From the IMG/VR virus record IMGVR_UViG_3300032156_000013, positions 1 through 55,270 of that record: a stretch of DNA of 55,270 bases; one strand, given 5' to 3'. The stretch is from a virus (Duplodnaviria > Caudoviricetes). Below the pieces are notes generated by a model. It searched no databases and was not told where the DNA came from. It saw only the letters and a list, made by a program, of their open reading frames with translations. This document shows positions 8,341 through 14,289 of this stretch, piece by piece (position 1 is the stretch's first letter; the number at the start of each line of letters is the position of its first letter). The translations under genes and the position numbers were made by a program.

Positions 8341-8397
8341 CCGTAGACCGGGGGAACCAGATCCTCCGGTTTCGTCCTTAGGGACTCTTCAGTACGG
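8341..8397 (-). ncRNA. Hammerhead ribozyme, type I
   Basis: Minus strand reads CCGUA-CUGAAGA-GUCC-CUAA-GGAC-GAAA-CCGG-AGGAUCUGGUUCCC-CCGG-UC^UACGG. The full core (CUGANGA, GAAA, GUC cleavage triplet) and all three stems are present; intergenic and in the sense orientation. Confidence 0.95.
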
Positions 8398-8407
8398 ATT
8401 TACTTTT

Positions 8408-8779
8408 TCACCATAAATTCACTTCCTCTCCTTTGAAAGCTTTTAAAAGTGCATCTGCTTTTTCAAATTTCGCTAATTTTCTTGCTGCATCCGACATTCT
8501 GTAATTACTAAAACAATTATCTACTTCATCTAATGCATACTGGAAATAATCTGATTTCCTATTACCGAAATAATGAACTTTCTGTCTTTCTAAATCTGCT
8601 ACTAACCTTTTCGCTCTTGCCACCATATCATTAAAATGCTCATCTAAATCTTTCTCTGCTCTATTTAACATCATCTTCGCCATCTGTACTTTTTCGTCAT
8701 TCGTAAATTCTCTATGTTTTCCTACTACCTCCGTTAGTGGTTTTACAAATCCTTCGAACTTCTTTTCTTTCTTTTCCAT
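8408..8779 (-). CDS. Hypothetical helical protein
   Basis: 123 aa; first gene after the consensus promoter at 8816-8844. Confidence 0.75.
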   Translation of the reverse strand: MEKKEKKFEGFVKPLTEVVGKHREFTNDEKVQMAKMMLNRAEKDLDEHFNDMVARAKRLVADLERQKVHYFGNRKSDYFQYALDEVDNCFSNYRMSDAARKLAKFEKADALLKAFKGEEVNLW

Positions 8780-8815
8780 TTTGATACTCCTTTTTATTTA
8801 TTATTTGATAATAAA

Positions 8816-8844
8816 ATTATATAATAATTTAATAATAATGTCAA
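8816..8844 (-). promoter_or_regulatory. Perfect-consensus sigma70-type early promoter
   Basis: TTGACA-17 nt-TATAAT with an AT-rich upstream region. Confidence 0.85.
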
Positions 8845-8914
8845 TAGTTCTATGAAAATAAATTGAAAGTATCGAATTTATTTTTTCGGTCTATCGGTAG
8901 ATACCGGGGAGGCC

Positions 8915-9157
8915 TCAGCCTCCCTCCCTGAGCTTCCTCGTCTTTTCACAAGCAAATGCATCTGCCAATCTTTTCATCACATCTTCACGCTCTTTAATAT
9001 TTAATATCCCAGCTTCATATAAACCGTTTACATATCCGTTGTAAAAATATTTCAAGTGTTCTATTGCTTCTGGTGTTTCGTATTTATAAGTAGAAAAGTC
9101 ATTTTTTAAATCGTTCCAGAACTTGTCTCTAATATTTCTTTTCTCTATAATTTTCAT
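8915..9157 (-). CDS. Hypothetical protein (GYVxGL family)
   Basis: 80 aa; YNGYVNGLYEAG motif shared with 10268..10780. Confidence 0.7.
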   Translation of the reverse strand: MKIIEKRNIRDKFWNDLKNDFSTYKYETPEAIEHLKYFYNGYVNGLYEAGILNIKEREDVMKRLADAFACEKTRKLREGG

Positions 9158-9336
9158 TTGCTATACATCTCCTTTAATTCTTTATAATTTTTCATCACGT
9201 CCAGACAATCTTCTTTGGTCAATTCTACGTCACAAACATTATCTGCTATATACATTACATTCTTAATATCAAACATGTTCGTCAATCCAGATTTTTGAAC
9301 TGTTAAATAAGCTTCAAATTTTTCTTTACTTACCAT
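9154..9336 (-). CDS. DUF5049-like protein
   Basis: VQKSGLTNMFDIKNV...NY signature. Confidence 0.7.
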   Translation of the reverse strand: MVSKEKFEAYLTVQKSGLTNMFDIKNVMYIADNVCDVELTKEDCLDVMKNYKELKEMYSK

Positions 9337-9556
9337 TATCTTTTTCCTCCTTTAAAACTAATTCTCTAGCTTCTCCATAAATCTTCACTGCTTCTTCTTT
9401 TTTCATGCCTGAATCTGAGAGCCCTTTAAGATAATAATTAATTGCATAATCATACTTTTCATAGTTCCCTTTTCTTTTGATCGCATCCCTATAATCTCTA
9501 ATTAACCCTTTGAATATATTGATATGTTCTTCTCGGGTCCTATATCTGGTCTTCGT
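9326..9556 (-). CDS. Hypothetical protein with an ACG start (non-canonical start or start-loss pseudogene)
   Basis: AAGGAGGT-6 nt-ACG opens a 76-codon frame (M)KTRYRTREEHINIFKGLIRDYR...YYLKGLSDSG... that fills the gap; missed by the track. Confidence 0.6.
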   Translation of the reverse strand, partial: TKTRYRTREEHINIFKGLIRDYRDAIKRKGNYEKYDYAINYYLKGLSDSGMKKEEAVKIYGEARELVLKEEKDNGK

Positions 9557-9574
9557 TTTGAAACCTCCTTTATT

Positions 9575-10072
9575 TTATTTTAAACTAACAGAATTAATAT
9601 ATTCTTGAGCTTCTTCTACGGTGTCGAAAGCTGCTAAGTATTCCCAGTGAAGACCCCTTAACTTATATACTTCGTGCTCTTTCATTCTTAATCTCTTTCT
9701 CTTCTCCTCGGGATATTCACATGTTCTTATTTTATAGTATTTGTTCATTTCTTCTATTTTTTTTATCGAAGTATTATAATAACAATTTTTACAACTACCC
9801 TTATATGAGCAATATCTATCTGTACGATTTTTGCAGGAATTTTTTATCTTTTTTTCTTCAAGCTCTTCTAATGTTTTCTTTTTATCCATTTGCAAATCCT
9901 CCTTTTTATTGCTGATATGACTTTTAATAATCCCGTCAGTCAATCCAGCTGCTTTATCAGCGATGGGTTGTATCCACTTCCAATCCTCAAAACTAATCGG
10001 TAACGCTCCAGGTACATCCTTTCCTAACTGTTTTACATATTCTAAATATTCATTATAACTATACTTTTTCAT
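9575..10072 (-). CDS. Hypothetical protein, possibly a fusion of two small genes
   Basis: 165 aa; an internal AAGGAGG precedes in-frame MDKKK; Cys cluster CKNR..C...CKNC. Confidence 0.6.
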   Translation of the reverse strand: MKKYSYNEYLEYVKQLGKDVPGALPISFEDWKWIQPIADKAAGLTDGIIKSHISNKKEDLQMDKKKTLEELEEKKIKNSCKNRTDRYCSYKGSCKNCYYNTSIKKIEEMNKYYKIRTCEYPEEKRKRLRMKEHEVYKLRGLHWEYLAAFDTVEEAQEYINSVSLK

Positions 10073-10271
10073 TTACTACTATCCCCCACTTAATATTATT
10101 TTCATCTAATTCTTCTACAGTCATTTCCTTTTCAGCATCTCCATCAATATCTAACGATTCCAAACATCCATGATGGCCAGTTTCCCAATTCTCAGTAAAA
10201 GCTAAATGTTCTATAACAGACCTTTGCTTCTTAGTCAATCTGTGTTTTGGAGTAATTATCTTTATTCTCAT
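10059..10271 (-). CDS. Hypothetical protein
   Basis: 70 aa, overlapping both neighbours. Confidence 0.65.
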   Translation of the reverse strand: MRIKIITPKHRLTKKQRSVIEHLAFTENWETGHHGCLESLDIDGDAEKEMTVEELDENNIKWGIVVNEKV

Positions 10272-10780
10272 CCTTTTATATCCCCCTCTTTTTCTAATTT
10301 GTTAAACAAATATTGAAGTTGGTTTTTTAATATTGGGCAATTTCCACTTGTCTTAGCGATTTCTAATATATATTCCAATCTTGTAACAATAGCTTCTTTT
10401 GTCATTTCTACTCTAACTTCAGTAAACTTCTCTAATTTTCCATACCTTTTTCCTAAATCACATGTATCAGCTTTGAACTGTCTTGTAAAAACCGTATCAC
10501 ATAAAGCCTCTTTTTTAACTCCTGCTTTTTTGCACATTTCTTCAAACTCTTCATTTTTAACTTCAGTATTGAAATTTTTCTTTCTTAATTCCTCATAATC
10601 TACCGCAGTCCATAAAGTATTGACCATTTCTATCCGTTTTTGCTCTGTAATTCTATTAGCCTTCCATAAACCATGGACATATCCTCTATAAATATCTTTT
10701 ACTTCCTTCAAATCCTTATTCGCTTTTAATTCTTTCTTAAACCATTCCCAAAACTCAATCGTATAAACATTATCTTTCAT
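10268..10780 (-). CDS. Hypothetical protein (GYVxGL family N-terminus)
   Basis: 170 aa; YRGYVHGLWKAN. Confidence 0.7.
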   Translation of the reverse strand: MKDNVYTIEFWEWFKKELKANKDLKEVKDIYRGYVHGLWKANRITEQKRIEMVNTLWTAVDYEELRKKNFNTEVKNEEFEEMCKKAGVKKEALCDTVFTRQFKADTCDLGKRYGKLEKFTEVRVEMTKEAIVTRLEYILEIAKTSGNCPILKNQLQYLFNKLEKEGDIKG

Positions 10781-11109
10781 TTCAGAACCTCCCTGAAACT
10801 TATATTTTCGATGGTCGTCCCATCTTTTACATATATATCTTCTTTATCTATAACGGTTATTATTTTAATGGTATTCTTTTTGAAGGTTGCTATAACCGCT
10901 ACTCTTTTTATTTTATCGATTATCGCTACATCCCTTCCATTATTTTGATAGGCCAGTAATCTTTTTTCTCCTAGTGATATCACTGTTCCAGATACCACGT
11001 ATTCGTCTATATTTCTTTGTCTCATTCTGATTATTGCGTGAGCTGTTGCCCTGATTGAGTAACACTGTTTTTCTATTTTGAGCTTTGCGATTTGCTTATC
11101 TTTTTTCAT
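10777..11109 (-). CDS. DUF4258-like / BECR-fold putative RNase
   Basis: TAHAIIRMRQRNI...V...IITVI pattern; first gene of the early region. Confidence 0.55.
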   Translation of the reverse strand: MKKDKQIAKLKIEKQCYSIRATAHAIIRMRQRNIDEYVVSGTVISLGEKRLLAYQNNGRDVAIIDKIKRVAVIATFKKNTIKIITVIDKEDIYVKDGTTIENISFREVLK

Positions 11110-11144
11110 TTTACCTTTCCTTTTGTTTATTTTTTGATAATTTA

Positions 11145-11174
11145 ATTATATAATAAAATAATAAAGTATGTCAA
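11145..11174 (-). promoter_or_regulatory. sigma70-type early promoter
   Basis: TTGACA-18 nt-TATAAT; flanks resemble those of the 8816-8844 and 6657-6684 promoters. Confidence 0.75.
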
Positions 11175-11230
11175 ATTTAGTACGGAGGGATTCAGAGCGT
11201 TTACGGTGGGAATATTACTTTTTAATGTAC

Positions 11231-11284
11231 TTAACGAGTAACATCGATAGCCACCGAGTGCCACCGAGTACCATCGGATACCAT
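11231..11284. repeat. Tandem degenerate 10-bp repeats (about 5 copies)
   Basis: TTAACGAGTA ACATCGATAG CCACCGAGTG CCACCGAGTA CCATCGGATA CCAT. Confidence 0.8.
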
Positions 11285-11358
11285 ATAAAAATATTATAAT
11301 GTTATCTTTACAGGCAGTTGGCCATGCAATAAAAACATGCTAGATATAATAACTTGAA

Positions 11359-11418
11359 TATACATTGAGATCTAAAAGTTGTTTATGATTGTATGTAAAG
11401 TAGTATCAGCGTTTAACT
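11359..11418. repeat. Dispersed 60-bp intergenic repeat, copy 2
   Basis: Matches 6753..6812; identical core at 11381-11401. Confidence 0.85.
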
Positions 11419-11471
11419 GGTGACATTTACTGGAAGGGTTTCTACGTTGGCAGTTTATCTGAAGGCTTTCT

Positions 11472-11533
11472 AATAAAAACAGGCCGCAAAGAGGATAAAG
11501 GAGGAACAGAAACTCCCCTTTTACCTGCGGCCT
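11472..11533 (-). terminator. Probable intrinsic terminator of the late operon
   Basis: AGGCCGCA...TGCGGCCT stem with a paired interior, followed by GTTTTTATT; lies after the last structural gene. Confidence 0.65.
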
Positions 11534-11576
11534 TCTGGGATCGGTTACATCACTGTAAGGCAGGCCCAATCCCATA

Positions 11577-11864
11577 CTAAGTTTCGACTGTTGGCACCAC
11601 TGTTATCTCCTTTTTCTTCCTATGCGGTCCTGTCCAATCCCATACAACAGTAAGTTCAGACTTCTTTTCTACTACTGGTATCAACCAATCGTAATAGTAG
11701 CAGGATATGGTATTGATTAATAACATCGGCATCCCTGCATCTAATAGCAATGTTTCATCTTCATCATACACAGACACTGTTATTGTATCTGGTGCGTATT
11801 CATCTCCCTTCAAGTCTAACACAGTAATTTCTAATCTAATCGTATCTCCGGATAAATATTTCAT
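11577..11864 (-). CDS. Small Ig/BppU-N-like virion protein
   Basis: GDTIRLEITV.D..G...P..ITVSVYD...YYYDW beta-sandwich pattern; last gene of the fibre module. Confidence 0.6.
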   Translation of the reverse strand: MKYLSGDTIRLEITVLDLKGDEYAPDTITVSVYDEDETLLLDAGMPMLLINTISCYYYDWLIPVVEKKSELTVVWDWTGPHRKKKEITVVPTVET

Positions 11865-11875
11865 ATTTATTCCTC

Positions 11876-13723
11876 CTATTCTTTCACTAATATTTTACTC
11901 TTGGTTTCGTGCTCAATCATATCACCTAAAATATTCCTTATTAATATTCTGCTCCTTGTCTCGTGCTCATCGATTTCGGTTGGACTGTCTATAATCGATA
12001 TTTCGCTTTCATTTTTTATGATAGCTAAAATCCCTCGTGAGAAAAAGTATTTTATCAAAACTCCATTTATACTAGTATTAATCTCTATTGTACAGGAAGC
12101 TTCTTCGATTTCTACTTCCTTCTCCGCGATAGCCCCTAGAATATCGGTTACCAGAATAAACTGGCTACTTGCTTCTTCAATCTTTCCTCTTGAGAGTAAC
12201 CCCGAAACCTTACTCACCAGTTCAAAAGTAGCCGAAGCTTCAATCGCTACACTCTCTAATATACCTTCTAGATTAGTATATATAAATACGGTTGTAGAAG
12301 CTTCTTCAATCTTCCCCTTGCTCAATTCCCCTTGAACATCGGTAGATAAATATATGATCTGGGAGGTCTCCTTAATTTTGCCCTTGCTCAGTAATCCAGA
12401 AATACCAGTATTTAATATAATGGTTTGGGAAGCTAATTCAACCTTCCCTTTGGCCAGAACCCCACTTACATCAGTAGCTAATTGATATACAGAGTAAGCA
12501 TTCCCGATGATTCCTTTCGCTAAACTACCAGTGATATTACTCGATAACAAATAAATAGAAGAAACCTCTTTAATTATTACGCTTCTCAATTCTCCAGATA
12601 TTAAAGTTGATATCCCTATTGTGGAAGTGGCTTCTTCAATCTTACCCTTATCTAAAATCCCAGCTATGTTAGTAAATAATGAATAACTGGAAGTTACTTC
12701 TTTAATTTTGCCTTTATTTAATGTCCCTGATATTGAATTCTGTAAATCATAAATCGATAAAGCACTCTCAATTTTTCCTTTTGATAATATTCCACTAATT
12801 AAAGAAGTCAAACTATAAATTGAGGAGGCTTCTCCTATCTCGCCCTTAGCCAATTCACCTGAGATTAAAGTCTGTAGCTCGAAAATGGAGATTGCTTCTT
12901 CTACTTTTCCTTTAGACAAGGCTCCATATATTAGAGTCTCTAAATCAAATATCGAAGAAGTGCTTTCTATTTTCCCCTTATTCAATATCCCAGTTACATT
13001 TGTTTGTAAGGAATAAATCGATGAGGCTAATAACTTATTATGCAATGCTCCTGATATTGAAGTTTCCAGATTGAAGACAGAAGAAGCACTTTCAATCTTA
13101 CCTTTCACCAATAATCCTGATACCAAAGTTTCTAAATTTAAAGTCGATGAAGCAATTTCGGTCTTGCCTTTTACTAATACTCCGCCAATGAGAGAAGCCA
13201 GAGAATAAATTGAGGAAGCCTCACTTATTTTTCCTTTACTCAATACTCCAGTCATTAAACTAGATAAGGAATAAATCGATACACCTTCTTCAATCTTTCC
13301 TTTGTTTAATACTCCAGATATATTAGTTTGCAGGGAATAAATAGAAGAAGTTTCTTTTGTTTCGCCTACGACTACATCGGGATTCCTTACAAATGGTTGT
13401 GCCTGAAAAGCGTAATCCATTGTGGTTAAATCAATACTAACTTTAGCAGGAACATCAACAAAGGGTTGAGCTTGAAAGGCGTAGTCCATTTTTTGTAAAT
13501 CTGTTTTACTCAACATAGATGTCCATGTGATTTCAAAAGATTCACTTGCTACAATCAGAGTTTCTAAATTAAAAATAGAAGAAGCAATTTCAATCTTGCC
13601 TTTAGACAATACACCAGCGATCCCCGTCTGTAAGGAATAAATAGAAGAAGCAAGTTTTGTCTCACCTACAACTACTTGGAAGACGTCATTCTGAAAGACA
13701 TCTAACTGAAAAGCCATATCCAT
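11876..13723 (-). CDS. 22-aa tandem-repeat fibre/scaffold protein
   Basis: About 22 copies of EASSIYSLxTxISGxLxKGKIE; duplicated MDYAFQAQPFV motif; N-terminal AFQLDVFQNDVFQ. Confidence 0.75.
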   Translation of the reverse strand: MDMAFQLDVFQNDVFQVVVGETKLASSIYSLQTGIAGVLSKGKIEIASSIFNLETLIVASESFEITWTSMLSKTDLQKMDYAFQAQPFVDVPAKVSIDLTTMDYAFQAQPFVRNPDVVVGETKETSSIYSLQTNISGVLNKGKIEEGVSIYSLSSLMTGVLSKGKISEASSIYSLASLIGGVLVKGKTEIASSTLNLETLVSGLLVKGKIESASSVFNLETSISGALHNKLLASSIYSLQTNVTGILNKGKIESTSSIFDLETLIYGALSKGKVEEAISIFELQTLISGELAKGEIGEASSIYSLTSLISGILSKGKIESALSIYDLQNSISGTLNKGKIKEVTSSYSLFTNIAGILDKGKIEEATSTIGISTLISGELRSVIIKEVSSIYLLSSNITGSLAKGIIGNAYSVYQLATDVSGVLAKGKVELASQTIILNTGISGLLSKGKIKETSQIIYLSTDVQGELSKGKIEEASTTVFIYTNLEGILESVAIEASATFELVSKVSGLLSRGKIEEASSQFILVTDILGAIAEKEVEIEEASCTIEINTSINGVLIKYFFSRGILAIIKNESEISIIDSPTEIDEHETRSRILIRNILGDMIEHETKSKILVKE

Positions 13724-13735
13724 ATAACGCCTCCA

Positions 13736-14275
13736 TTAATTAGTTTGTCTATACCTTAATACGCTTCCTGTCATAACTTTTACTGTTCCCGTTGTTTCTG
13801 CTGCAAATCTAATAGCCAGAGTACCTGCATTAACTCCATTTCTGACTAATCCATCTATCTTACATAATAGATTACTATTAATAGTATCTACTGAAATAGA
13901 AGGAGTTCCAGTATCATAAGCCCTCGAGGCAAGCATATTAGAACTTGCATAAAGCGTTAAAGCAATTGGAATATGAGCATTCATAACAACTGCTACTGGA
14001 GAGGCAGCAGCACTATATAAAGCAAATTTAATACCAGTTCCTGCAGTATCGGATTGAAATATTATCCACGCTTCGATGATATAATCTTTACTGGCTAACA
14101 TCGAAAAACTTAATCCTGTAATAGTTGCAAAGGTAGTAGTTGAATTTGTGACATCTCCCGTAGTTCTAACAATCTTTTCATTTTCAGTATGGTCTGCATT
14201 CCAATCAATAGGTCTAACGAGAGTTGTATCAGCTCCATCAGATTTTTCACTAACAAAAACGTGTTTTATTGCCAT
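13736..14275 (-). CDS. Putative fibre tip / receptor-binding protein
   Basis: N-terminal IKHVFVS..SDGADTTLVRPIDWNADH motif seen in phage fibre proteins, followed by a beta-rich C1q/jelly-roll-like C-terminus. Confidence 0.6.
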   Translation of the reverse strand: MAIKHVFVSEKSDGADTTLVRPIDWNADHTENEKIVRTTGDVTNSTTTFATITGLSFSMLASKDYIIEAWIIFQSDTAGTGIKFALYSAAASPVAVVMNAHIPIALTLYASSNMLASRAYDTGTPSISVDTINSNLLCKIDGLVRNGVNAGTLAIRFAAETTGTVKVMTGSVLRYRQTN

Positions 14276-14289
14276 ATTATCTCACTCCT

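Noticed and set aside
11231-11284. CRISPR mini-array or tracrRNA-like sequence (GCCACCGAGT resembles a tracrRNA hairpin arm)
   Set aside because: Units are 10 bp with no spacers, the complementary arm is absent and no cas genes are present.
11536-11574. HDV-like, twister or pistol ribozyme
   Set aside because: The nested topology is suggestive, but I could not find the conserved catalytic-core nucleotides of these classes; kept only as an unclassified structure.
11372-11575. 67-aa minus-strand ORF after the last structural gene
   Set aside because: It overlaps the hairpins, terminator and dispersed repeat, has no SD and has atypical composition.
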